Source: Candidatus Pacearchaeota archaeon | GTDB lineage: Archaea; Nanobdellota; Nanobdellia; Pacearchaeales; UBA284 | Assembly: GCA_026016245.1 (NCBI GenBank) | Contig: CP061211.1 | Coordinates: forward strand, 120,001 to 152,000 | DNA length: 32,000 nt | Direction: 5' to 3' | In this document: positions 1 through 8,478 of the stretch, one piece after another | How positions within the stretch are numbered: the stretch's first letter is position 1 | How the letters are laid out: each line of letters opens with the position of its first letter | Made by a program: the position numbers and the translations under genes | The notes under the pieces: generated by a model | What the model was told of the DNA's origin: nothing | The model's database searches: none | The model's input: only the letters and a program-made list of their open reading frames with translations

Positions 1-141
1 ATATGAATGCCCCTATTTCCCCTTTCTCCTTATTTTTTTCTCTTTTTTTTGCCATGCACTTCCAAGGCAAAATTTGTTTTTAAAACTTTTCATCATAACA
101 AACACAATAAAATTTAAAAATAAATATATCTTTAAGAGAGT

Positions 142-324
142 ATGAGCAAATTACTTAATATTTTGATAGGGGTAATTTTGATATTGGCACCTATATTGAT
201 TGTCTTGAATATACCACTATTTTACAATTGGGGACCAGCAGCAATTGAATTTTTGAAAGGCGGTGTTGTTGTATGTTTAATGATTGTAGGAATTGTTTTT
301 TTAATTCTAGGGATAACAGAGTAA
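142..324 (+). CDS. small hydrophobic membrane protein (two predicted TM segments)
   Basis: ORF MSKLLNILIGVILILAPILIVLNIP... is almost entirely hydrophobic with two helices. Confidence 0.55.
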   Translation: MSKLLNILIGVILILAPILIVLNIPLFYNWGPAAIEFLKGGVVVCLMIVGIVFLILGITE

Positions 325-352
325 GGAAAAAAGGTGAAGGGGAAGTGAAGTT

Positions 353-1576
353 ATGATAGATGAATCTTTATGTATTAGATGTAAAGGTAGGGGGTGGTGT
401 GGCGGGCCTTGCAAGATCTTAGCTAGGCTTAGGGAATTTCAGCCGAAGATATCTAAAGAATTTTCTGGTTCAAGTCCTCCAGAAATTTTTGTTGGTCGTT
501 ACGGCTATCCTAATGTTTTTACAGGGATTCTTGCTCCAACAGAATTTGGAGAGACAGAAGAACTAAGCATGCCTGAAGTGTGGCATGAGCAAGGGGCAGG
601 TATTCAGGATATCCTTGCTTATCGCTCTAGGATGATTTATTCAAGATTTATTTCAAGTATAAAAAGTGCTAGATCAAAACAGCAGTCAAGGCTTCTAGAT
701 TTAATGCAGGAAATAAGTTTAGCGAGCAAGCCAGTTGATGCAAGTTTCAAGTTAAAAAAGAAACCGAGAGTAAGGATACAAATGGATGCTCATGTTCCTA
801 TGATAGGCAATCCTGCTCCTCTAAAGTCAGTAAAACTAGAATCAAATCCTAAAGTTGAGAAGAAAGTAGATTATCTCACAAGTGATACTGATGTTAAATC
901 AACTCAAGCAATCAAAGAACTTTACAAATCAAAGATTCCAGTGAGTAACATCATAAAGATTTTGAGTGGTGGTATGTTAGGTTTGAGGATTCAGAGAAGA
1001 CTTGTTCCGACAAGATGGGCTGTGAGTGCGATAGATGATACAATTTCTAAAACATTGCTGGAAAAAATCAGACACTATCAGGAAATTTCTTCTTATCTTC
1101 TTTTTCATGCCAGTTATCTTGGAAATTATTATAATATTATTCTGATACCCAATTGTTGGTCATTTGAAGTTATTGAGGCGAGTGCGAAAGGATATTTTGG
1201 TAGGAATTATAGGATAGCGACATGGCAGGATTATGAGTTTTTCCAGAAAAGAAAGAAATATGCTTTTAGTGTGACAGGGGCTTATTATGCTAACAGACTT
1301 GCTGTTTGTGAATATTTATATAAGACGAAGAGGCAGGCTTCTGTTCTTGTTTTGAGGGAAATTCGTGATGAATATTGGGCTCCTTGTGGTGTTGGTATTT
1401 TGCGAGAAGTGACAAGAGAGGCCATGCAAAGCAAGCCTGAAAAATTTGACACACTTAAAGGAGCACTAAGTACAGCACAGACAAAATTTAAGTTACCTCT
1501 AGAAATTTATACAACAAAAAGTAAATTATTACAGAATATTAAAACACAGACAAGGCTTTCTAAATTTTTATCTTAA
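353..1576 (+). CDS. nreA: archaeal DNA repair protein of the Nre family (NreA-like)
   Basis: N-terminal CIRCKGRGWCGGPC cysteine motif, SGSSPPEIFVGRYGYPNVFTGIL block, C-terminal QTRLSKFL resembling a PCNA-interacting (PIP) box. Confidence 0.85.
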   Translation: MIDESLCIRCKGRGWCGGPCKILARLREFQPKISKEFSGSSPPEIFVGRYGYPNVFTGILAPTEFGETEELSMPEVWHEQGAGIQDILAYRSRMIYSRFISSIKSARSKQQSRLLDLMQEISLASKPVDASFKLKKKPRVRIQMDAHVPMIGNPAPLKSVKLESNPKVEKKVDYLTSDTDVKSTQAIKELYKSKIPVSNIIKILSGGMLGLRIQRRLVPTRWAVSAIDDTISKTLLEKIRHYQEISSYLLFHASYLGNYYNIILIPNCWSFEVIEASAKGYFGRNYRIATWQDYEFFQKRKKYAFSVTGAYYANRLAVCEYLYKTKRQASVLVLREIRDEYWAPCGVGILREVTREAMQSKPEKFDTLKGALSTAQTKFKLPLEIYTTKSKLLQNIKTQTRLSKFLS

Positions 1577-2298
1577 AAACAACCACATTTTAGAAGCCAC
1601 ATCAAAGCTAGGCCAACAAGAATAAAGATAAGTTGTAATAATGATTCTGAAATTTTAATTCTTTTATGTAGTTCAGGTATTAGGTCAGTTGCAGCTATGT
1701 AAATAAAGCCGCCTGCTGCAAATGGAAGAAGAAATGTTGTGTCAATGCTGGCACTTAAGAAATAGCCAACTAGAGCCCCTAGAATTGCTGTCAAGGCACT
1801 AAAGAAGTTATAAAGCATGGCTCTTCCTTTTTTGAAGCCTCCATAGACAAGAACCCCAAAATCACCTATTTCTTGAGGTATTTCATGAAGGATTATTGCG
1901 ATGGTTGTTGTTATTCCTAGTCCTATGTTTATTAGATAGGCTGCAGCGATAATTAAGCCATCAATAAAATTATGCAAGGCATCTCCTATAAGAATTGTAT
2001 ATCTAAATGTGTGCACAGGACATTTTCCTTTGTGGCAATGTCTCCAGTAAAGGAATTTTTCCAGCACAAAGAAGATCAGAATTCCTCCAATTATATATAA
2101 TGAAACTTTTCCTATTCCTAATTCAAGAGATTCTGGTATGAGATGAAAGAAAGCTCCTCCTAGCAAGGCACCTGAAGCTAAGGCTATAAATAGAATGAGA
2201 ATTTTCTTAAGAAATTTTTCCTTGAACGCGAGAAAAAATATACCTACAAAAGCTATGAGGCTTACTATGATTACTGAAATTAAGATCCAGAGTAGCAT
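1573..2298 (-). CDS. ZIP family metal transporter
   Basis: Multi-TM with ALASGALLGGAFFHLIPES, GDALHNFIDGLIIAAAYL and ALHEIPQEIGDFGVLVYGG motifs typical of ZIP; convergent 4-nt overlap with the previous gene. Confidence 0.88.
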   Translation of the reverse strand: MLLWILISVIIVSLIAFVGIFFLAFKEKFLKKILILFIALASGALLGGAFFHLIPESLELGIGKVSLYIIGGILIFFVLEKFLYWRHCHKGKCPVHTFRYTILIGDALHNFIDGLIIAAAYLINIGLGITTTIAIILHEIPQEIGDFGVLVYGGFKKGRAMLYNFFSALTAILGALVGYFLSASIDTTFLLPFAAGGFIYIAATDLIPELHKRIKISESLLQLIFILVGLALMWLLKCGCF

Positions 2299-2302
2299 TT
2301 TT

Positions 2303-2584
2303 CTATCCAGTTAATTCTTCAACTTCTTTTTTGCCAGCTTCAAGTTCCTTTACTTGCTCAGAGTCATATTTCAATAGTAAAGTTTGGAATTCTCCGAGAT
2401 GAGTTTTTTCTTCTTTTGTTATATCAATAAGAACTTTCTTTATGTCTTCTTTATCTGTTATTGCTGCTAATTGTTCGTAAAGGCTGACTGCATCAAGTTC
2501 TGCAATCATTCCTACTCTAAGGATTTCTGCGTTAAGCTGGTCTTTTGGCACTTTTCTTAAATCTTCTGGTATTTTTGATAACAT
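2303..2584 (-). CDS. short ferritin-like / encapsulated-ferritin-like two-helix protein
   Basis: 93 aa; ELDAVSLYEQLAAIT....EEKTHLGEFQTLLLKYD has the E..Y/E..H carboxylate pattern of one ferritin helix pair. Confidence 0.6.
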   Translation of the reverse strand: MLSKIPEDLRKVPKDQLNAEILRVGMIAELDAVSLYEQLAAITDKEDIKKVLIDITKEEKTHLGEFQTLLLKYDSEQVKELEAGKKEVEELTG

Positions 2585-2674
2585 CTGACCTCCTTTTACT
2601 TTTTTATTAGATGTTTTTGGTTTAAAAATTTTTATTAATGTTATATTTAAAAACTATAAAGTGGTTACAAAATT

Positions 2675-2938
2675 ATGAAAGAAGAAATACACCACAAGAT
2701 ATGTCCTCACATAGAAAATTGTCCTATTTACAGAGACTATGCCAAAAGATTGAAAGGAGAAGGAGGACACCCCTTCGTTCCTATAGATGTTATATATTAT
2801 GTTAAAAATAACCTAGAATACAAATGTCTGGCTTTAGAAAATCCTAGTGAAGAACTTAAGGAAAGACTCGTAGACCCTAAACCTTTTTGTAGTTATATTA
2901 GGGAATTGAATAAAATTAACAAATTATTTGTTAGATAA
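2675..2938 (+). CDS. hypothetical protein with Cys residues (CPHIENCPIY ... CLAL ... CSY)
   Basis: Intact ORF in a plausible gene position. Confidence 0.55.
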   Translation: MKEEIHHKICPHIENCPIYRDYAKRLKGEGGHPFVPIDVIYYVKNNLEYKCLALENPSEELKERLVDPKPFCSYIRELNKINKLFVR

Positions 2939-3835
2939 TTATTCTCTGATCATTAAAGTTTTACTCCTTAATTTTTCCAATATACTCAAAAATAATTTTT
3001 CAAAGTTTTTTTCATAAACAACTATTGGTTTTAAATTAACTAAAGCTTCAACAAATTTTTTATCATAAGGTATTTTTCCTAATATGGGAATCTTATACTT
3101 ATCAGCAAAATTTTCTATTTTTTTACTAAATTTTCTATTTAGATCATATTTATTTATAATGATTCCATAAGGAATTCTAAAATGTTCAACTACCTGTAAA
3201 ACTCTCTGAAGATCATTTAATGCAGCTGGGCTTGGTTCTGTAATTGCAATAATATAATCAGAACCTTGAATAGAAGCGATTACTGGACAACCAATCCCTG
3301 GTGAGCTATCAACAATAATAATTTCAGCCTTTTCTTTTTTCGCATTCTCCTCTGCTTTATTTTTTACTTCAGTTACAATTTTTCCGCTTCCACTTTCTCC
3401 TATTTTAAGCTGACCAGAAACAATGTTGAAGCCATAAACTGTTTTTCCTGTATTGATGAAACCGTTTTGAACTTTTTCTAGCTTTATATTCTTTGGATAA
3501 AGTAAATGGCAAGAACCACACCCTTCACATAAGAAACGATCGAAAATCAATTTTTTCTTTTTACTATCCCAAGAGATTGCACTAAAATTACAGATTTCTA
3601 TTAACTTTTTAGGATTAATTCCTTTCATAGAAATTAGCCTTGCTTTCTCATTTGTACTTATTTTTTTCTGCTCTTTAAAATGTTTCAAACCAAGAACAAG
3701 AGCTAAATTAGGTGCATCTACATCACAATCAACTGCAATAACTTTGTGTTTTTTTGCAAGCAGAACAGCAAGCGAAGCTGTAATAGAGCTTTTTCCAACT
3801 CCTCCTTTTCCTGATAAAATTGTTAGCGTTTTCAT
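2939..3835 (-). CDS. MinD/Mrp-superfamily P-loop ATPase with degenerate ferredoxin insert
   Basis: SGKGGVGKSSITASLAVLLA deviant Walker A, DCDVDAPNL, IIVDSSPGIGCPVIASI; insert CEGCGSCHLLYP. Confidence 0.88.
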   Translation of the reverse strand: MKTLTILSGKGGVGKSSITASLAVLLAKKHKVIAVDCDVDAPNLALVLGLKHFKEQKKISTNEKARLISMKGINPKKLIEICNFSAISWDSKKKKLIFDRFLCEGCGSCHLLYPKNIKLEKVQNGFINTGKTVYGFNIVSGQLKIGESGSGKIVTEVKNKAEENAKKEKAEIIIVDSSPGIGCPVIASIQGSDYIIAITEPSPAALNDLQRVLQVVEHFRIPYGIIINKYDLNRKFSKKIENFADKYKIPILGKIPYDKKFVEALVNLKPIVVYEKNFEKLFLSILEKLRSKTLMIRE

Positions 3836-4671
3836 TTTAACTTCTCTATAAAATTAGCAATCTTATTTATGCTTTCATCTTCTATTGGCTTGCCTCTTGA
3901 AAAAGCTTCGAGAATTTCTTTCTTATAAGGGATTTCAGCAATTATTTTTGTTTTATATTTTTTAACAATTTTTTTAATTAGATTTTTATCTCCAACATTT
4001 GATCTGTTAAGTATGACTTTTGCTGGGATCTTTAGCATTTTAGTTAACTCCAAGATAAGTTCTAAGTCATAAGCTCCTAGGGGTGTTGGTTCTGTAACAG
4101 CAAGAGCAAGATCACAACCTAATAAAGCTGCTATAACATTGCAATGAGTTCCTGCTCCTGTATCAATTATTATAAAATCATAATCTTGCTCTTTTTTTGA
4201 GGCAAAATTTTTTTCTGCATTAACTATAGGAGAAGCTTCTTCATAGCCAATTACCATTTCTCCAGTTACCAAATTAATGTCATGGCCTTTTCCAGAGTAA
4301 ATTGTTCCAATTTGTTTTTTTGTTCTGCTTATTGCTCCTACTGGACAGATTATTGAACAAGCATTACACCCTATACATAAGTCTGAAACAAAAATTGGAT
4401 ATTTTTCTTTTATAGAAAGAATTGCATTTGCTCTGCAAACCTGAGCACATTTACCACATTTAATACATTTTTTATGATTGAACTTTGGAATAGATTGGTA
4501 AATAGCTTGCTCTTTTTTTCTTTTAATTGAAAGAATTATGTGGTCATTAGGGCAGTCAACATCAGCATCTATTAATAAGATTTTCTTTTTCTTTGCTAAT
4601 TCAACAGCAAGTGCTGTAGCCACAGTTGATTTACCTGTTCCTCCTTTGCCTCCTGTTATTGCAATTCTCAT
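3832..4671 (-). CDS. MinD/Mrp-superfamily P-loop ATPase with two 4Fe-4S ferredoxin motifs
   Basis: TGGKGGTGKSTVATALAVEL; CIKCGKCAQVC...CIGCNACSIICP; overlaps the neighbour by 4 nt. Confidence 0.92.
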   Translation of the reverse strand: MRIAITGGKGGTGKSTVATALAVELAKKKKILLIDADVDCPNDHIILSIKRKKEQAIYQSIPKFNHKKCIKCGKCAQVCRANAILSIKEKYPIFVSDLCIGCNACSIICPVGAISRTKKQIGTIYSGKGHDINLVTGEMVIGYEEASPIVNAEKNFASKKEQDYDFIIIDTGAGTHCNVIAALLGCDLALAVTEPTPLGAYDLELILELTKMLKIPAKVILNRSNVGDKNLIKKIVKKYKTKIIAEIPYKKEILEAFSRGKPIEDESINKIANFIEKLK

Positions 4672-4802
4672 ATTATTTAATTTATTTGTTATTTATTTAA
4701 TGAAATAAATCTGCTACTTTTAGCCTGTCTTGGATTGTATAGTTATTATAAAGAATAACTAAAGTTATGTGGAACATTTTAATCTATTGGGTTCTGTCTT
4801 TT

Positions 4803-5201
4803 CTAAAATTTCTTCCCTCTTCCTTTATCAGCTCCAGCACCCATAAACATAGGTCCTGTCGATGAACTTATCTTTTTCAACTTTCCATCTATCAATTGTT
4901 TTATAACAGCCTTTATCTTACCAGAGCCTTGATACATTTCAATGCTTAGCTGTTGTAGAACGCCGAATGCTCTAGGACCCAGATTCATTGTTATGATTGC
5001 ATTTACTTTTTCATTTGCAACAACTTGGGCTGCTGTTATACCTGCCCCACCAAATTGGGCTGCAGCTGTGTTTTTTATTGTCTTAATTTTTTTTATTTTT
5101 TTGTTCTCAATTTCAACCACAACAAAATATGGGCAACGACCAAATCTTGCATCAACTTGACTTTCAATACCTTCTCCTGTTGAACTTATAGCTACTTTCA
5201 T
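4803..5201 (-). CDS. NifX/NifB-C-terminal-like (dinitrogenase iron-molybdenum cofactor biosynthesis superfamily) protein
   Basis: MKVAISSTGEGIESQVDARFGRCPYFVVVEIE... AAQVVANEKVNAIITMNLGPRAFGVLQQ. Confidence 0.88.
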   Translation of the reverse strand: MKVAISSTGEGIESQVDARFGRCPYFVVVEIENKKIKKIKTIKNTAAAQFGGAGITAAQVVANEKVNAIITMNLGPRAFGVLQQLSIEMYQGSGKIKAVIKQLIDGKLKKISSSTGPMFMGAGADKGRGKKF

Positions 5202-5277
5202 TTTTTCCTCCTTTGTTTAGCATAATTTAGCATATCTACTTTTTTAATTAAAGTAAAAAACAACTTAAAAAGTTTTC

Positions 5278-5484
5278 TTATCCTCGAGTCATAGCGCTTC
5301 CACATTTAGGACATTTCTGCTGATAGCAAGGAATTCCTATTTGGTGAGACATTCTATAGCCACACTTTGGACAGACACATTCACCACCTGGGCCTGCTGC
5401 AAAACCACCCATGCGACCTCTACCAGTCTGGCCTCTACCTGCTCCAGCGCCTGCTCCACGACCAATTCCTCTTCCATTTGACAT
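5278..5484 (-). CDS. Gly/Arg-rich small zinc-ribbon-like protein
   Basis: GRGAGAGAGRGQTGRGRM followed by CVCPKCGYRMSHQIGIPCYQQKCPKCGSAM. Confidence 0.65.
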   Translation of the reverse strand: MSNGRGIGRGAGAGAGRGQTGRGRMGGFAAGPGGECVCPKCGYRMSHQIGIPCYQQKCPKCGSAMTRG

Positions 5485-5518
5485 TTTATTTCCTCCTGCC
5501 TTTCGGCAATTATTTAGT

Positions 5519-6022
5519 TTAATCTCCTCTTACCATCAAGGAGCTACATTTTTTACACATCATCTGGTTGCATGGTATTCCAGGAACTTTAGTTTCTTTA
5601 TTACCACATTTAGGACAGATACAAAAGCCAGCAGGGCCAGCTCCTCTGCCAAATCCTCTGCCTCTTCCTCTTCCCATGCCTCTACCAAAACCTCTGCCAC
5701 GACCAGGGCCAACTATTGGTGATGTGACAGGGGTAATCATTTCATACCTACCTCCTTGAATTTTTATTATTTTATTATTTACAAGAGCATCAGCTACTTT
5801 TTTCCTTGCAGCTAGAATTAATCTGTGAAAAGTTGGCTGTGAAATTCCCATCTGTTCAGCTGCTTTTTCCTGTTCCATGGCTTTAAGATCTTTAAGCCTT
5901 ATGGCCTCAAATTCATCTAAAGTTAGGATAATTTCTTCTGGCAAAGTAGGCCCACCTACAGGAGCAAAGTGACTGATTCCTGGCATAAAACCAATTCTTC
6001 TTCTACGTCTTAATCTTGGCAT
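5519..6022 (-). CDS. DUF134-family HTH protein with Gly/Arg linker and C-terminal zinc ribbon
   Basis: MPRLRRRRRIGFMPGISHFAPVG...LTLDEFEAIRLKDLKAMEQEKAAEQMGISQPTFHRLILAARKKVADALV; C-terminal CICPKCG...CNQMMCKKCSSLM. Confidence 0.88.
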   Translation of the reverse strand: MPRLRRRRRIGFMPGISHFAPVGGPTLPEEIILTLDEFEAIRLKDLKAMEQEKAAEQMGISQPTFHRLILAARKKVADALVNNKIIKIQGGRYEMITPVTSPIVGPGRGRGFGRGMGRGRGRGFGRGAGPAGFCICPKCGNKETKVPGIPCNQMMCKKCSSLMVRGD

Positions 6023-6104
6023 TTTTCTTTTTTATTTTATTTTCTCGATTGCTTCTTTAAATCTCTCACTCATTGTTCACTTCTCGTCTTTTTATTTATT
6101 CTAC

Positions 6105-6545
6105 TTATTCTTCTATTTCAAGGTTTTTTAATTTTTCTTGGATCTTCTTTAGTTCAGATTCTAGGGCTTTCATTTCTTCTTGCATTTCTTTTCTGTCTTC
6201 TTTCAGTATTTCTTTTATCTCATCTTTTGCAGGTTCTTCATAGTAGTCTTCATAAGGATATTCATAGTCTCCTTCATAAGCATAAGGTGCATAACCCCAT
6301 GGATTCCAGAATCTTTGTCTTCTGAATCTGAAGCCTCTGCCCCTAAAACCTCTTCCTTGTCCTCTGCCAAAACCTCTGCCTCTGTTCATACCTCTACCAA
6401 AACCTCTGCCAAATCCTCTTCTAGCCATTCCCATGCCAAATCCTGGATTCATAAATCCTGGTACAGAATAGCCTGCACAGTAACCTAAACTTCTTCCTGT
6501 CATTGGTCCTATTCCATCTAGACCTGTTCCATCTCCTCTAGGCAT
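6105..6545 (-). CDS. DUF5320-like protein, Gly/Arg-rich with C-terminal coiled coil
   Basis: MPRGDGTGLDGIGPMTGRSLGYCAGYSVPGFM... and acidic/basic coiled-coil C-terminus. Confidence 0.8.
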   Translation of the reverse strand: MPRGDGTGLDGIGPMTGRSLGYCAGYSVPGFMNPGFGMGMARRGFGRGFGRGMNRGRGFGRGQGRGFRGRGFRFRRQRFWNPWGYAPYAYEGDYEYPYEDYYEEPAKDEIKEILKEDRKEMQEEMKALESELKKIQEKLKNLEIEE

Positions 6546-6558
6546 TTTATTTCCTCCT

Positions 6559-6644
6559 ATATGAATTTATATTCATTTTATATTTAAATTAACTTAAAGT
6601 CTTATTTGATTAAGACTAATAAGCATATGAATATATATTCATTA
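6559..6644. promoter_or_regulatory. two near-identical inverted-repeat sites ATATGAAT-N4-ATTCATT
   Basis: 6559-6577 ATATGAATTTATATTCATT and 6626-6644 ATATGAATATATATTCATT differ at one position; both upstream of the minus-strand DUF5320 gene. Confidence 0.5.
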
Positions 6645-6674
6645 TACTATTTAAATGTTTCGTTTTAGAAAGAG

Positions 6675-7829
6675 TTATTCAATTTCTATATATTTTACCT
6701 CATCATCAGCTTCATTGCCGTCTTCATCATATACAATAACTTTTATTGCATAAGTTCCTGGACCAAAATCTCCTGCTAAGAATTCCCATTCCCAAGGTTC
6801 TTCTATTATGGTTTCTTCTGGAGATCCATAATCATCACCTTTTTCTCTAATATAGAATTCCACTTCTTTTATATCTGCTGCATTATCTATATCAAGTTTT
6901 ACTGTTATCCAGTCATCTAGACCAAAAATATCATCTTCATCTGGGTCTGTTATTTTTACACTTAACTCTATTTGTTCACAAGCACAGGTTACTGGATCAC
7001 AAACCGAGGTTTCATTGCAACCTGTTGGCATTGCTGCTGGATCACACTCCTCTTCGCCACTTATTATGCCATCACCACATATATTCATATAATAACATTT
7101 GCAATTCAAACATAAAGGATTTAAGCCGTCTTTACAGTCTGTGTTATTCTCGCACTCTTCACCTTTATCTGGCTCAAATTTGCCATTACCACAACAGCAG
7201 TGGTCAGGACATTCTGCATCATCACCTTTACAATTGTTTTCTACGATTTGATCTATCTGACCTTGTGTAGGTGTTGCATTAGCGCCCCAAGTTCTTCCCA
7301 TTATGTTAGGAGGATATGTGCCAGTGCTTGCGTTGTATGTATCATTCAAACCCATCATATGTCCTGCTTCATGAGCAGCATCATGTATTGTTCCATCCAC
7401 ACCTGGTAAAGGATCATTTATAGAAGTCCCCCAAAAACCAGCGGTGCTTGAACCACTTTTTGAGATGCCCCACATAAAACCTCTGTAACGATTACCAGCA
7501 GCTTGAACATAAGTTGTGTTTGAGACATTAATACAATGATAATCAGCTTCATTACTAGAATAATTAGCTTGACATCCTCCTGAGCCAACATTTTTCCATT
7601 CTACCTCAACTTTCACAGGACATTCACAATCTCCAAAAGTATGGCCATTCCAAGTATCTGTTATATCTTTAACCCAGTCCTCTATTGTTGCGTTATCTGT
7701 TCCAGAAAAAGCTATTTTTATCGTGATTGTTATTTCACAATCATCTCTTTTACAAGTTGTTTCAGCTGATGCAAAGCTCATGCTGATAAGAAATATTGCT
7801 AAAAAGATTATTAATAATTTTTTATTCAT
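6675..7829 (-). CDS. secreted metzincin-like zinc metalloprotease with Cys-rich region and C-terminal Ig-like domain
   Basis: Signal peptide MNKKLLIIFLAIFLISMSFASA; HEAGHMMGLND matches HExxHxxGxxD; many CxxC/CC motifs; C-terminal beta-rich domain. Confidence 0.8.
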   Translation of the reverse strand: MNKKLLIIFLAIFLISMSFASAETTCKRDDCEITITIKIAFSGTDNATIEDWVKDITDTWNGHTFGDCECPVKVEVEWKNVGSGGCQANYSSNEADYHCINVSNTTYVQAAGNRYRGFMWGISKSGSSTAGFWGTSINDPLPGVDGTIHDAAHEAGHMMGLNDTYNASTGTYPPNIMGRTWGANATPTQGQIDQIVENNCKGDDAECPDHCCCGNGKFEPDKGEECENNTDCKDGLNPLCLNCKCYYMNICGDGIISGEEECDPAAMPTGCNETSVCDPVTCACEQIELSVKITDPDEDDIFGLDDWITVKLDIDNAADIKEVEFYIREKGDDYGSPEETIIEEPWEWEFLAGDFGPGTYAIKVIVYDEDGNEADDEVKYIEIE

Positions 7830-8434
7830 TCTAAACTAAAAGTGTCTTTATTTGTATCCCACCATGACTGCCATTGAGTTTTGTCAACACCATAATCCTG
7901 TCCTGTAAAATCTATTAGCATTAAAGCGCAATAAGACATGACTGGTAAGGGAGGTTCACTTGGTTTTAGTGTAGCATCATTATCAAGTTCAGCAATCAAA
8001 ATAGGAATACCATCTTTTGAACCATGAGACAGGACTAAAGTAGCAGCAGTAACACGAACATTAACATCAGAATCATCGAGAGCATCTTTTAGATAAGGCA
8101 AAACTTTATCTGATAAATCAAGGTCATGGCCTATAGCACTGATTCCAATAATAGCTGCCCATCTTTGATCAGTTTTTGAAGATTCATTTTTGTATATTTC
8201 AGCAAGAGCATATATCCCAGGTTCGCCAAGAGCAACAATCTTGTCTAGGCTGAGAGTGTATATATTAACACCATCAAATTCTGTAACTATCTCAGTAGTT
8301 TGGTCCATAAGTTCTTCATTTACTTTACTCTTGAAAAGATCAAGCCTGAAGAAAACAATGTAAGCAACAACTATTACAACTATAAGTAATAATACAAAGA
8401 AAATTGTCCTGATAGTTTTTGTCTTTGTTTTCAT
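7826..8434 (-). CDS. membrane-anchored HEAT-repeat-like protein
   Basis: N-terminal TM segment; helical repeats such as DLSDKVLPYLKDALDDSDVNVRVTAATLVLSHGSKDGIPILIAELD. Confidence 0.65.
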   Translation of the reverse strand: MKTKTKTIRTIFFVLLLIVVIVVAYIVFFRLDLFKSKVNEELMDQTTEIVTEFDGVNIYTLSLDKIVALGEPGIYALAEIYKNESSKTDQRWAAIIGISAIGHDLDLSDKVLPYLKDALDDSDVNVRVTAATLVLSHGSKDGIPILIAELDNDATLKPSEPPLPVMSYCALMLIDFTGQDYGVDKTQWQSWWDTNKDTFSLE

Positions 8435-8478
8435 TCTTTTTTTTCTATTTTTAATTAGAGATTGAGGTTTTTAAATTT

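Noticed and set aside
4942-6488. Plus-strand Pro/Leu- or Ser/Ala-rich ORFs (72, 103, 63, 102 aa)
   Set aside because: Mirror images of the Gly/Arg-rich minus-strand proteins; low-complexity antisense translation.
6602-6624. CTTATT...AATAAG weak inverted repeat between the two ATGAAT dyads
   Set aside because: Only 6 bp of AT-rich match with an 11-nt loop; indistinguishable from chance here.
7025-7409. Plus-strand Cys/His-rich ORFs of 81 and 69 aa
   Set aside because: Antisense to the secreted metalloprotease gene; the residues reflect its codons.
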